Below, one piece after another: positions 20,896-30,919 of a stretch of 64,000 nucleotides of DNA. How positions within the stretch are numbered: position 1 is the stretch's first letter; each line of letters opens with the position of its first letter. The translations under genes were made by a program, and so were the position numbers. This DNA is from an uncultured Chloroflexia bacterium (GTDB lineage: Bacteria > Chloroflexota > Limnocylindria > Limnocylindrales > CSP1-4). Under the pieces are notes generated by a model, which saw only the letters and a list, made by a program, of their open reading frames with translations, was not told the DNA's origin and ran no database searches. The stretch covers positions 192,001 to 256,000 of the forward strand of contig CAVTHS010000002.1 in assembly GCA_963734535.1 (NCBI GenBank), read 5' to 3'.

Positions 20896-22226
20896 TCGGC
20901 GAGGCGTTGCCGATCGAGGCGCGCCTCCGGGCCGCCGGGCTGCCGCCCCTCCCGCGAACGGCGTGGCTGGAGATCGACCTGGACCGGCTCGCGGGGAACG
21001 TCCGGGCGATCGTGGCCGCGCTCCCGGCGGGCACGCTCGTCGAGGCCGTGGTCAAGGCCAACGCATACGGCCACGGTGCCGTCCCGGTCGCCCATGCCGC
21101 GCTGGGGGCCGGGGCGCGCGGCCTCTGCGTGGCGACGCTCGACGAGGCGCTTGCGCTCCGCGGCGCCGGGATCCCGGCCCCGATCCTCGTCCTCTTCCCG
21201 GTCCCGCCGGACGGCGTCGCGGAGGCTGCCCGGGCGGGGATCGCGCTGGCAGCCGGCGACAGCGTGATCTGGGCGCGCGGCCTGGCGGCCTACGCCCGCG
21301 CGCGTCGTCGCGCCCGCGGGCGGCTCGGCGAGCTCGCCGTCCACGTGGGGATCGAGACCGGCCTCGGGCGCGATGGGCTGGCGCCGGACGAGGCGGTGGC
21401 GGCGGTGCGGGCGTTGGCGGCGGTTCCCGGGACGCACTTCGACGGGGCGTGGTCCCATCTCCAGTCGCCCGAGGACGCGGGCAGGACCGCACGCCAGGTC
21501 GCGCGCTTCGAGGTCGCCCTCGACGCCCTGGTCGCGGCCGGGCTGCCTGCCCCGCACCGCCACCTGCTGGCATCGGGTGGCCTGCTCGCCGTGGAGCGGT
21601 ACGTCGGCGGCGAGCGGCCACTCTTCGATGGCCTGCGGGTGGGCCTGGCGCTCTACGGGATCGCGCCGGAGGGGCTCCCGGTCGGCCTGCCGGCGGCCGG
21701 CATCCACGCGGCGCTGCGGCCGGTCCTCTCGCTGCACGCCCGGCCGGTTCGCGTGACGGACCTGCCCACCGGCGAGGGCGTCGGGTATGGCCCGAGCTTC
21801 GTCACGGCCCGCGTCAGCCGGATCGCGACGCTCCCGGTGGGGTATGCGGACGGCTGGGCCCGGGGGCTTGGGAATCGCGCCTTCGCGCTCGTGCGTGGCG
21901 GCCGGGTCCCGCTGGTGGGGACCGTCGCGATGGACGCGGTGATGGCAGATGTCACCGACGTGCCCGGGCCGCCCGTCACGCCGGACGACGAGTTCGTGCT
22001 CCTGGGCGAGCAGGGCGCCGCCCGGATCACCGCCGCGGAGCTGGCGCGGGAACGCACCACGATCAGCTGGGAGGTGGTCGCCGCGATGTCTGCGCGCCTG
22101 CCTCGGGTGTACACTGCGCCGGCCGCGACGGTCGGCATCTGCACGCTCACACAGGACCGGGGGCCATGGCGGAGATCGCGCTCTGGAACGGCGACATCTG
22201 TGACCTCGAGGTGGACGCGATCGTGA
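20892..22226 (+). CDS. alr: Alanine racemase
   Basis: AVVKANAYGHG (PLP lysine), GVGYG, LPVGYADG, VAMD. Confidence 0.95.
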   Translation: MIGEALPIEARLRAAGLPPLPRTAWLEIDLDRLAGNVRAIVAALPAGTLVEAVVKANAYGHGAVPVAHAALGAGARGLCVATLDEALALRGAGIPAPILVLFPVPPDGVAEAARAGIALAAGDSVIWARGLAAYARARRRARGRLGELAVHVGIETGLGRDGLAPDEAVAAVRALAAVPGTHFDGAWSHLQSPEDAGRTARQVARFEVALDALVAAGLPAPHRHLLASGGLLAVERYVGGERPLFDGLRVGLALYGIAPEGLPVGLPAAGIHAALRPVLSLHARPVRVTDLPTGEGVGYGPSFVTARVSRIATLPVGYADGWARGLGNRAFALVRGGRVPLVGTVAMDAVMADVTDVPGPPVTPDDEFVLLGEQGAARITAAELARERTTISWEVVAAMSARLPRVYTAPAATVGICTLTQDRGPWRRSRSGTATSVTSRWTRS

Positions 22227-22696
22227 GCCCGGCGAGCACCAGCATGTGGATGGCGACCGGGGTCGCCGGCGCGATCAAGCGCAAGGGCGGCGAGGCGATC
22301 GAGTTCGCGGCCGTTCGCCAGGGTCCAGCCGGCCTTGGCGACGCGATCGTGACCGGCGGCGGGTCGCTTGCCGCGCGCTGGGTGATCCACGCGGTCTCGA
22401 TCGACCATGCGCGCCGCACCGACTCCGCCACCATCGACCGCGCCGTCCGCAACGCGTTCGCGCGCGCTCGCGAGCTGGGCGTGGAGACGCTCGCGATCCC
22501 CGCGCTCGGGACCGGCGTGGGGGGCTTCCCGATCGCCGAGGCCGCCCGCGTGACGGTCGCGGCGGTCCGCTCGGAGCTGGCGCACTCGCCCCGCGTGACC
22601 CGCGTGACCCTGGCCCTCCGCGGTGCGGCCGCCTACGAGGCATTCCGCCTCGCCCTCGCGGCGGCGACCGTTCCGCGGGCCGGGGTGTCCGCGTGA
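22166..22696 (+). CDS. Macro-domain protein
   Basis: GDICDLEVDAIV...GVAGAI...VIHAV...AIPALGTGVGGFP; overlaps the alr 3' end by 61 nt. Confidence 0.88.
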   Translation: MAEIALWNGDICDLEVDAIVSPASTSMWMATGVAGAIKRKGGEAIEFAAVRQGPAGLGDAIVTGGGSLAARWVIHAVSIDHARRTDSATIDRAVRNAFARARELGVETLAIPALGTGVGGFPIAEAARVTVAAVRSELAHSPRVTRVTLALRGAAAYEAFRLALAAATVPRAGVSA

Positions 22697-22983
22697 CGCT
22701 CCCCTTTCTGCCGGGAGACGAACAGCGCGCTGCTCTCGTGGAAGAGGTCGCGCGCGAGATCCAGCTGCGGGGGATGACGGGTCCGGCCGTGTTGTTCCTC
22801 CACGCGAGCATGCCGGATGGCGGGCTGGCCGGAAGCGCGATGACATTCTTCGACCCGCTCCTGCGCCAGCTGTTCGGGGGCGGAAACGCGCCCGTCAGCG
22901 CGCTGCTGGCGGACGAGGTCGGGATCGAGCAGCTGATCGACCGGCTCGAGGAGCTCGACGAGGAGTCGGTCTGGGACGCGTGA
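22693..22983 (+). CDS. Small hypothetical protein (96 aa)
   Basis: GTGA overlaps with both neighbours; amphipathic helical sequence. Confidence 0.65.
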   Translation: MTLPFLPGDEQRAALVEEVAREIQLRGMTGPAVLFLHASMPDGGLAGSAMTFFDPLLRQLFGGGNAPVSALLADEVGIEQLIDRLEELDEESVWDA

Positions 22984-24728
22984 GCCGCAGAGCGCCGGGG
23001 GCCGTCGAACCGCCGGCCGGCGCCGTCTCCGCCTCCGCGACGGGCCGGCACGCGCGCCCGCCGCGGGCCCGGCCTGCTCGCTCGCCACGCGCGATCGTGG
23101 CCCCCGCCGATGACCGCCAGGCCGCCTTCTACACGCTGGATCACGGATCGGCAACGCTCGCCGGCGCGCTCGTCGGCCGGGTCGACGGATGCTGGCGCCT
23201 GCTTTCGGCAACGGCGCTTCCGACCCGGAGCGGTCCGGATGCGCTCATCGCCCTGCTCGCCCGTCGCCTCGAATCGGTGGACCCGTCACGCGCCGAGGTG
23301 ATCAGGGGCTGGCCGGCCAGCGGGCCGCCGGCCTCTGCGGACGTTCCCCGGCTCGTGGCTCGAAGCCGACCCACCGCGACGCTCGCGGTGATCGCCGCCA
23401 CCGATCGGACGCGGATGAGGCTGGAGGAGGCCGCCGCGGGAGCCGGCTGGAATGTCGTCGCGGGCAGCGCGGAGCGGACCGATCCGCTCGAGCTGACCCG
23501 GCTCGCGACGCGCCCGGGCGTGGTCGCGGTGCTCCTCGGCGTCGCGGATCCGCCCGGTGCCGACGAGCGCGAGCTCGCGACCGAGCTCTCGGTGGCTGCG
23601 GCCGGAATCGCAGCCCGGCGGCCGGGCCTGCGGGTCTTCCTGGCAGGCCCGGTCCCCGACGAGCCCCTGCTGGCGCTCCGGCACGCCCCAGCCATCGAGC
23701 ACTTGCCGGCTCCGCCGAGCGCACCCGGGGAGCTGGCGGGGTCGCCGCTCCGGGATGCCCTGGCCGCGGTCCGCGGGGGTCCCGATGACAGCCGTCGTGC
23801 GCTGGCGGCCGCGGCCGGATCGCTCGCCCGGGTCCTGGGGCTCCGGGTGGAGATCCTCGAGATCGGGGTGTCGGGCGCGGCCCGCGTGCTCGCCTCTCCG
23901 GGACCCGCAGACGACGGGGGAGTGCGGGCCTCGGTCCGGTTGGTCGAGGTTCCCGACGCTGGCCTGTTCCGGATGGACCGGCCCGGCGCGATCGACCGGA
24001 TCGATCACTGGTTCACCCAGGGCGTGGACCGGGCACGGCTCCGAGATCGCCTGGCCGAGCTGGCTGTCGCGCCCTGGGGCGACCTCGATGGAGACGGCGC
24101 GCTCCTGCGGGCAGCCGCGCTCCGCGGAGCGGTGGAGCGCCTGCTCTCGTCGACCGACGCGGAGCTCGGGAGCGCCGGTGTCGACCTCCTTGTCGGCGCG
24201 GGCGGTGCCTGGTCCGCGGTCCCGGGGCCGGCCGCGACCCACATCGTGGCCGACGTGGTCCGTCGTCCCGGCACCGTGCAGGTGGCCATCGATCACGCGC
24301 GCCTCCTCGGGCCGCTCGGCACGATCGAGGACGACGCGGAGCGCGACGCCGTCGTCGCCGATCTCGCGCCGGACCTCCTGCTCCCGGTCGGGACCATCGT
24401 GACGCCGCGTGGCCTGCGGCCGAACCGGCCGGCCGGCCAGCTCTTCCTCGAGACCGCCGCTGGACGATCCGAGATCGACCTGGTCGCCGGGGGCCTGACG
24501 CTGGTGGACCTGCCCCCCGGTGCTCGCGGCACGGCCGAGCTGGCATTCCGCGGAACGCCGGAGCTGGGTCCCCGCGGCCGCCAGTTCCGGGTCGCGGTGA
24601 GCGGCGGCCTTGCCGGGTTGCTGCTCGACCTGCGGGACATCCCGCTCCGGCTCCCCGACCGCCCCGACCGTCGACGCGAGCTGCTGGGGACGTGGGAGCG
24701 GGCGCTCTGGCCCGAGCGCGATTCGTGA
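22980..24728 (+). CDS. Glutamate mutase L (GlmL)-like protein
   Basis: N-terminal LDHGSATL..LVGRVDG.WRL resembles the GlmL/ASKHA phosphate-1 motif; C-terminal GGLAGLLLDLRDIPL; family recognised from memory. Confidence 0.6.
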   Translation: MSRRAPGAVEPPAGAVSASATGRHARPPRARPARSPRAIVAPADDRQAAFYTLDHGSATLAGALVGRVDGCWRLLSATALPTRSGPDALIALLARRLESVDPSRAEVIRGWPASGPPASADVPRLVARSRPTATLAVIAATDRTRMRLEEAAAGAGWNVVAGSAERTDPLELTRLATRPGVVAVLLGVADPPGADERELATELSVAAAGIAARRPGLRVFLAGPVPDEPLLALRHAPAIEHLPAPPSAPGELAGSPLRDALAAVRGGPDDSRRALAAAAGSLARVLGLRVEILEIGVSGAARVLASPGPADDGGVRASVRLVEVPDAGLFRMDRPGAIDRIDHWFTQGVDRARLRDRLAELAVAPWGDLDGDGALLRAAALRGAVERLLSSTDAELGSAGVDLLVGAGGAWSAVPGPAATHIVADVVRRPGTVQVAIDHARLLGPLGTIEDDAERDAVVADLAPDLLLPVGTIVTPRGLRPNRPAGQLFLETAAGRSEIDLVAGGLTLVDLPPGARGTAELAFRGTPELGPRGRQFRVAVSGGLAGLLLDLRDIPLRLPDRPDRRRELLGTWERALWPERDS

Positions 24729-25741
24729 CCGACACGCTCGACCTGGTCCCGGCCCGGCCGTTCATCGTGGAGCGGCCGCGGATTCGGCTGGAGCTGCAGC
24801 CCGGCGACCGGGTGATCGCCGCCGTCGGCGACGAGGTTCACGTCGGCGACGTCCTGGCCGAGCGGATCCGTGACGCTCGGCTGGTCGAGGCCGTCACGCC
24901 GCGGGACGGCGCCGACCAGGGCATCCCGTTGCCAGGTACGTGGCTGCCCGGTGAGCACGCGCGGCCCGGCCGCCATCCCGGCGCACCCGCCGGCGAGCTG
25001 CTCTTCGAGCACGGCGGCCGGCGGCGCCTGGCGACCGGCCCGCACCCCGACCGCCTCCTCGCGCCCGGCGACGGCCGGATCCTCGAGGTGGAGCCGGGCG
25101 TCGCGCTGGTGCTGGAGGTCCAGGGCCCGGGGCTCGCCGCGACCGAGCTGCTCGGGGAGCCCCACTCGGGCCGGCTGGTGGTCCTTCCCGACGACTCCGA
25201 TTCGCGCCTGGCGCTCGACGTGGCCCTCGCCGGGTCGGTGGTGGTCCTGCCCGGACGGGTGGATGCCGAGGCGCTTGCGCGGGCACGGGCGATGGGGATC
25301 CATGGCGCCATCGTGGGCTCGCTCGCCGAGCGCGATCGGCGTGACCTCGTCGCGTCGGCGGCCCGTCAGCAGGCCGGCCTCCACCGCCTGGCGCCGTTCG
25401 GTGTGCTCGTGGTGGGCGGCTACCTCCGCCGCGCATTCCCCCGTGCCGTCCAGTCCGTCCTCGAGGCGGCCGCCGGTTCGCTCGTCGGCCTCGTCGGCGA
25501 TCCGCCGCTGCTGCTCCTCCCGGAGGATCTCGCGCTGCCCGTGCCGGCGCCAGATCGGGTCGTCGTTCGGGGTGGCTCCGAGGCAGGCCTCGAGGGCCGC
25601 TGGCTGGGGCCGGGCGGACTCCGCCGCGTCCGGAGCGGGATCACGGCGGAGACGGGCCTCGTCAGGCTCGATGACGGCCGGACGGTCGCGATCCCGATCG
25701 GAGAGCTGGAGCGGTTCGCCGTCCACGCCGCCAACGGGTAG
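24725..25741 (+). CDS. Conserved hypothetical protein coupled to the GlmL-like gene
   Basis: GTGA overlap; VGDEVHVGDVLA and APGDGRILEV hybrid-barrel-like motifs; SH3/KOW-like C-terminus. Confidence 0.65.
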   Translation: MTDTLDLVPARPFIVERPRIRLELQPGDRVIAAVGDEVHVGDVLAERIRDARLVEAVTPRDGADQGIPLPGTWLPGEHARPGRHPGAPAGELLFEHGGRRRLATGPHPDRLLAPGDGRILEVEPGVALVLEVQGPGLAATELLGEPHSGRLVVLPDDSDSRLALDVALAGSVVVLPGRVDAEALARARAMGIHGAIVGSLAERDRRDLVASAARQQAGLHRLAPFGVLVVGGYLRRAFPRAVQSVLEAAAGSLVGLVGDPPLLLLPEDLALPVPAPDRVVVRGGSEAGLEGRWLGPGGLRRVRSGITAETGLVRLDDGRTVAIPIGELERFAVHAANG

Positions 25742-25822
25742 GCTCTGCAGCGTGTCATCCTCCTCTGCATCTCGCGGCCTGGCTCACCGGCTCGCTGCCC
25801 GCCCGGTGGGCGTGGCCTTCGG

Positions 25823-26293
25823 ATGACCGGTGCGCTGCCCCCGATTCGGCTGCTCGCGCCCGACCCCGCCGCGACGCGCGCCCTCGGCGAACGCCTGGGG
25901 AGGGCCGCCGTGGCGGGTGACGTGATCGCGCTCAGCGGGCCGCTGGGGGCAGGCAAGACCGAGCTCGCGCGCGGGATCGCACGCGGCCTTGGCGTGGTGG
26001 GCCCGGTCAGCTCGCCGACCTTCGTCCTCGTCGCGGAGCACGAGGGTCGCCTGCCGCTCTTCCACCTCGACGGCTATCGCCTTGCCAGTCCCGAGGACGC
26101 GCTCGGGGCGGGGCTGCTCGACGAGCGGCGTGCCGCGGGCGTCACGGTCGTCGAATGGGCCGAGCGCCTCTCCGCCGCGCTGCCGGTCGGCCGTCTCGAG
26201 ATCCGCCTCGACGGGTCCGGCGACGACCCGAGAACGCTTGTCTGCCGTGCGACCGACGTCCGCCACGCGCTGCTCCTCGAGGCCCTGGTATGA
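25823..26293 (+). CDS. tsaE: t6A biosynthesis ATPase TsaE
   Basis: GPLGAGKT, VSSPTF, HLDGYRL, VVEWAE. Confidence 0.95.
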   Translation: MTGALPPIRLLAPDPAATRALGERLGRAAVAGDVIALSGPLGAGKTELARGIARGLGVVGPVSSPTFVLVAEHEGRLPLFHLDGYRLASPEDALGAGLLDERRAAGVTVVEWAERLSAALPVGRLEIRLDGSGDDPRTLVCRATDVRHALLLEALV

Positions 26294-27030
26294 CCGCGAC
26301 GAGCGAAGGCGGGCTGCTGCTGGCGATCGACACGTCGACCTCCCGGGCCGTGCTCGCCCTCGGACGGTCGAACGGAACGCTGCTCGCGGCCGACATGTGG
26401 GATGCGGGCCATCGACATGTCGAGGAGCTGCTGCCGCGCCTCGAAGGGTTCCTCGAGGGTCGCGGCCTCGACCGAGCGGCGCTCGCGAGCCTTTCCGGCA
26501 TCGTTGTCGGGACGGGCCCCGGCGCCTTCACGGGGCTTCGCGTGGGGATCGCGACGGCGAAGGCCCTCGCACTCGCGTTCGACCGGCCGCTGCTCGCGAT
26601 CGGGAGCGGCGCCGCGCTGCTCGCTGCCGCCGCCGACGCCGATCCGGCGACCGACCCGGCGCGCCTCCTGGTCCTGATGCCGGCCGGCCCCACGGGCCGC
26701 TACGTCGTCACGGTGGCCGGCACGCGGGTCGTCATCGGGGATGAGATGCCCGATCTCGCCCCCGGCTCGGTGCCGGTCGCGGTTGACCTCGCCGCGCGCG
26801 CGCCCGACGCCGCCGTCGCGCGCGGCGAGGCCGCCATCGACCGCTTCCCGGGAATGCTTCTTCGGCTGGGCGCTGCGCGGCTCGCGGCTGGTGGCGCCGA
26901 TGAGCCCGCGGAGGTCGTTCCCGAGTACGTCTCGCTCCCGCGCGGCGCTGCGCGCGATGCAGGTGCAGCCCGTTCGGCCGACGCCGCGGGAGCCGGGATC
27001 GTGACGACGTGGTCGCCCGCCCGCCCGTGA
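26290..27030 (+). CDS. tsaB: t6A biosynthesis protein TsaB
   Basis: LLAIDTST, GPGAFTGLRVG. Confidence 0.93.
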   Translation: MTATSEGGLLLAIDTSTSRAVLALGRSNGTLLAADMWDAGHRHVEELLPRLEGFLEGRGLDRAALASLSGIVVGTGPGAFTGLRVGIATAKALALAFDRPLLAIGSGAALLAAAADADPATDPARLLVLMPAGPTGRYVVTVAGTRVVIGDEMPDLAPGSVPVAVDLAARAPDAAVARGEAAIDRFPGMLLRLGAARLAAGGADEPAEVVPEYVSLPRGAARDAGAARSADAAGAGIVTTWSPARP

Positions 27031-27572
27031 GGCTCGTCATCGAGCCGATGGCCCACGTGGACCTGCCTGCGGTACAGGCGATCGAACGCGCCAGCTTCAC
27101 CACGCCCTGGCCGGAGCATGCCTACCAGGCAGAGCTCGAGACGAACAAGCTGGCACGCTACCTCGTCGTCCGGGCCGGGCACGAGGTCGTCGCCTATGCC
27201 GGGATCTGGCTCATGGTGGACGAGGCCCACATCACGACCTTCGCCGTTGCGCCGGCGTGGCGCCGGCGGAGGATCGGGGAGCGTCTGCTCACCGCGGCGC
27301 TGGACCTCTCGATTGCCCGTGGCGCCCGCGAAGCGACGCTGGAGGTCCGCCTCTCGAACCTGCCGGCCCGCCGGCTCTACGAGAAGTACGGCTTCCGGCC
27401 GGTCGGGATCCGGCCCCGCTACTACAGCGACGATCACGAGGACGCGCTGATCATGACCACGGAGCCGCTCCTCTCACCCGGGATGCAGGCGCGCCTCGCG
27501 GCGCTCGGCGCCCAGCTCGCCGCGCTGCCCGACCCGGAGCCGCCGGACGCGCCGCCGGCGATCGGCTCGTGA
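27009..27572 (+). CDS. rimI: Ribosomal protein S18 alanine N-acetyltransferase
   Basis: IERASFTTPW, EAHITTFAV, LEVRLSN, YEKYGF, RYYSD.EDALIM. Confidence 0.93.
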   Translation: MVARPPVRLVIEPMAHVDLPAVQAIERASFTTPWPEHAYQAELETNKLARYLVVRAGHEVVAYAGIWLMVDEAHITTFAVAPAWRRRRIGERLLTAALDLSIARGAREATLEVRLSNLPARRLYEKYGFRPVGIRPRYYSDDHEDALIMTTEPLLSPGMQARLAALGAQLAALPDPEPPDAPPAIGS

Positions 27573-28771
27573 GCCCCCGCGAACCCGTGCTCCTGGCGAT
27601 CGAATCGTCCTGCGATGAGACCGGGGTCGCGCTCGTCGCGGGAGGGCGCCGGATCCTGGCCCAGGCGGTGGCGAGCCAGATCGCGCTCCACGCGCCGGCT
27701 GGCGGGATCGTGCCCGAGCTCGCCGCCCGCGCACACCTGCGCTGGATCGTGCCCGCGCTTCGTGACGTCCTCGAGAGCGCAGGCGTGACCATCCCCGAGG
27801 TCGACGGGATCGCGGTCACCGCCGGCCCAGGCCTCGCAGGCTCGCTCCTGGTCGGCATCGCCTTCGCGAAGACGCTGGCATGGGCGCACCAGCGTCCGCT
27901 CGTCGGCGTCAACCACCTCGAGGGGCACCTCTACGCGGCATGGCTCCTGGAGCGCGACGAGCCGGAGCGCCCGGCGCCCCCCTTCCCGCTCGTGGCGCTC
28001 GTCGTCTCCGGTGGTCATACGTTCCTCGTCGAGATGCGAGACCACCTTGCCTACCGGCTCCTCGGTGAGACCGTCGACGATGCGGCGGGCGAGGCGTTCG
28101 ACAAGGCCGGGCGCCTGCTCGGCCTCGGCTATCCTGGCGGCCCGGCCATTGCCGCCGCCGCGACCGGCGCACGCCGCCGCGACGCGGTCCTCCCGCGGGC
28201 GTGGCTCGGCCGCTCGTACGACTTCAGCTTCTCCGGGCTCAAGACCGCCCTGCGGCGCCAGGTCGAGGCGGAGCTCGCCGCGGGGGCACGGCCCGGCACC
28301 GAGGCAGGCGGCCGCCTCGATGCACTCCGTGTCGCCGAGCTGGCGTGGGGCTTCCAGGAGGCGGTCGTCGACGTCCTGGCGACCAAGACCCTGCGCGCGG
28401 CCGACGAGACGGCCGCACGAGCCGTCGTGCTCGGCGGCGGGGTGGCCTCGAACGTGGCGCTCCGTGAGCGGATCGCCGCCGGCGCCTCCGCGCGCGGCCT
28501 GCCCGTCTTCATCCCGCCGCCGGACCTCTGCACGGACAACGGGGCGATGATCGCGGCGGCCGGCTGGCAGCGGTTCGTGGCCGGGGAACGCGCGGGCAGC
28601 GATCTCGGGGCGCGGCCCGCGTGGCCCCTCGTCCGTCCGTTCGGGACGCCCGACACGCGTCGCCCGCCCCGCCGCGGCCCTGCCGCACGCGCCTACGAGG
28701 CCGCACTCGCCGCCGAGCGAGACGCCGCGGGCGAAGTCCCCATGTCCGTGCCCGGCGAGCGCGCGAGGTGA
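27569..28771 (+). CDS. tsaD: t6A synthase TsaD
   Basis: LAIESSCDET, NHLEGH, VSGGHT, DDAAGEAFDK, FSFSGLKTA, CTDNGAMIA. Confidence 0.97.
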   Translation: MSPREPVLLAIESSCDETGVALVAGGRRILAQAVASQIALHAPAGGIVPELAARAHLRWIVPALRDVLESAGVTIPEVDGIAVTAGPGLAGSLLVGIAFAKTLAWAHQRPLVGVNHLEGHLYAAWLLERDEPERPAPPFPLVALVVSGGHTFLVEMRDHLAYRLLGETVDDAAGEAFDKAGRLLGLGYPGGPAIAAAATGARRRDAVLPRAWLGRSYDFSFSGLKTALRRQVEAELAAGARPGTEAGGRLDALRVAELAWGFQEAVVDVLATKTLRAADETAARAVVLGGGVASNVALRERIAAGASARGLPVFIPPPDLCTDNGAMIAAAGWQRFVAGERAGSDLGARPAWPLVRPFGTPDTRRPPRRGPAARAYEAALAAERDAAGEVPMSVPGERAR

Positions 28772-29829
28772 CCGGCGTGCGGCTCGATCCGGCCGCTGTC
28801 CGGCGGACGCTGCGGGCTGCCGGCCTGCGTCCGCAGCGCCGGTTCAGCCAGAACTTCCTGGTGGACGTCGACGTGCTCGAGGCGATCCTCGACGCGTCCG
28901 GGGCGTCACCCGGCCGGACCGTCCTCGAGATCGGGCCGGGGCTCGGGATCCTGACCGGCGGGCTGCTGGAGGTGGGCGCCGCCGTGACGGCGGTCGAGCT
29001 CGACCGGGGGATGGTGGAGCACCTCGCCGTGGCCTTCGAGCCGGCAATCGCGGGCGCCGCCGACGGGCCCCGCCCGCCCGCGCCCAACCCCCCGGGGACG
29101 CTTCGCCTTGTCGCGGCCGACATCCTCGACGCAGACCTGCCCCGACTGCTGGCCGCCCCGTACGACGTGGTCGCGAACCTGCCATACCACGTGACGAGCC
29201 CGATCCTGCACCGGATGCTCGGCTCGGAGCCGCGCCCCGAGCACTGCATCCTGATGGTCCAGCGGGAGGTGGCCGAACGCGTCGCGGCCCGGCCCGGGTC
29301 GATGAGCTACCTGTCGGTCTTCGTCCAGTATCACGCCGCCGCCTCGTTGGTCCGGACCGTTCCGCGCGACGCGTTCGAGCCGGCCCCGGCCGTCGACTCG
29401 GCGATCCTCGCCCTCGACGTGCGGCCCGCCGACGCCCCGGGCCGCCTCCCGGTCGAGATGGAGGATCACCTCTGGCGGCTCGTCCAGGCGGGCTTCCGTG
29501 AGCGTCGCAAGATGCTCAGGAACGTGCTCGGCCGGCAGCTGCCCGTGGACCAGGCGACGGTGGACGCCGCGCTCGCGGCCGCCGGGATCGCCGGCGACCG
29601 CCGCCCGCAGACGCTCTCGGTGGCGGAATGGATCGGCCTGCTCGGCGCCCTCGGCCCGCTGCCGCCGGACGATCGGGGCCGCCGCGGCGCACGCGCCGGG
29701 ATCCCCGAAGACGACGAACCCGCCCCCGCGACGGCGGACGGGTGGGAAGCTGCGGGCGAAGCCGGTGCCCGGGGCGCGCAGCGTCGCGTCGGCGGTCCCG
29801 AGCGCCGGCGCGATCCAGGCCGTGGGTGA
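28768..29829 (+). CDS. rsmA: 16S rRNA m6,2A dimethyltransferase KsgA
   Basis: SQNFLVD, LEIGPGLG, VVANLPY, MVQREVAER. Confidence 0.96.
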   Translation: MTGVRLDPAAVRRTLRAAGLRPQRRFSQNFLVDVDVLEAILDASGASPGRTVLEIGPGLGILTGGLLEVGAAVTAVELDRGMVEHLAVAFEPAIAGAADGPRPPAPNPPGTLRLVAADILDADLPRLLAAPYDVVANLPYHVTSPILHRMLGSEPRPEHCILMVQREVAERVAARPGSMSYLSVFVQYHAAASLVRTVPRDAFEPAPAVDSAILALDVRPADAPGRLPVEMEDHLWRLVQAGFRERRKMLRNVLGRQLPVDQATVDAALAAAGIAGDRRPQTLSVAEWIGLLGALGPLPPDDRGRRGARAGIPEDDEPAPATADGWEAAGEAGARGAQRRVGGPERRRDPGRG

Positions 29830-29839
29830 GCCGAGCTCG

Positions 29840-30919
29840 ATGAGCGACGCGCTCCGCCGCGTGACGCCCGCGGTTCGGGTGGCGCCGGCCAAGCTCAACC
29901 TGACGCTCGCGATCGTCGGCCGGCGCGAAGACGGCTTCCACGCGCTCCACTCGGTGATGGTCCCGCTCGAGGTCGCCGACCGGCTGGCGCTCGCGCCGGC
30001 GTTCGCGTCGGCCGACACGCTCCACGTGACCGGCACGGCGACGTCCGAGCTGGGATCGCCCGACCTGGGGCCGGATCTGGGGCCGCCCGACCGGAATCTC
30101 GTCCTCCGCGCGATCAGCACGGCGCGGGCGGCCTGCCGCGCCCGGGGCGTCGACGCCGCCCTTCCGGCGCTCGCGGCACGCCTCGAGAAGCGGATCCCGG
30201 TCGCTGCGGGCCTGGGCGGCGGGAGCAGCGACGCGGCCGCGGCCATCGACGCCGCCCTCGAGGCATGGGGCGTCGCGGGGGTCGTCGCCCCTGCGGCTCG
30301 GGCGTCCATCGCGTCGAGCCTCGGCTCCGACGTGCCGTTCTTCCTGGCGGGGGGCTGGGCGCTGGTGGAAGGGCGGGGCGAGCGCGTGACGCCGCTGCCG
30401 GCGCCACGTGGCCCGGAACCGGCAGTGCTGCTCGTGACCCCCGGGACCGGGGTGTCGACGGCCGCGGTGTTCGCCGCGTTCGCAGGTGGGGCCCGGCCGG
30501 CTCCAGGAGCCGCCCTCGCGTCATCGCGCCACCTCGCAGGCGAGCTTGCCGCGGGCATGACGGCTGCGCGTTTCGTCGAGCGCGCCGGGATCATGGCGGT
30601 CGCGAACGACCTCGCTCCGGCAACCGCAGCCGTTGCACCGTCGCTCGTGCCGTTCCGCCGCGCGTTGGGACGCGTCGTGGGGCGACCAGTCGGGCAGTCC
30701 GGGTCGGGGCCGACGCTGTGGGTCCTCTATCCTTCGCTGGCGGCCGCCGAGACGGCGGCGATCGTCGTCCGCGCGGCGCTCGCCTCGGGCGAGCTTCCCG
30801 CCTCGGGCGAGCGACCACCCTTCGTATGCGCCACCCGAATCCGGGCCGGCGATCCCCGCAGCCCCGTCGACGCCGGCCCGGACCGGCCCGCGCCGACCAC
30901 ACACGATGGAGGTACCTGA
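29840..30919 (+). CDS. ispE: 4-diphosphocytidyl-2-C-methyl-D-erythritol kinase
   Basis: APAKLNLTL, KRIPVAAGLGGGSSDAAA, GSDVPFF, SGSGPT. Confidence 0.95.
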   Translation: MSDALRRVTPAVRVAPAKLNLTLAIVGRREDGFHALHSVMVPLEVADRLALAPAFASADTLHVTGTATSELGSPDLGPDLGPPDRNLVLRAISTARAACRARGVDAALPALAARLEKRIPVAAGLGGGSSDAAAAIDAALEAWGVAGVVAPAARASIASSLGSDVPFFLAGGWALVEGRGERVTPLPAPRGPEPAVLLVTPGTGVSTAAVFAAFAGGARPAPGAALASSRHLAGELAAGMTAARFVERAGIMAVANDLAPATAAVAPSLVPFRRALGRVVGRPVGQSGSGPTLWVLYPSLAAAETAAIVVRAALASGELPASGERPPFVCATRIRAGDPRSPVDAGPDRPAPTTHDGGT

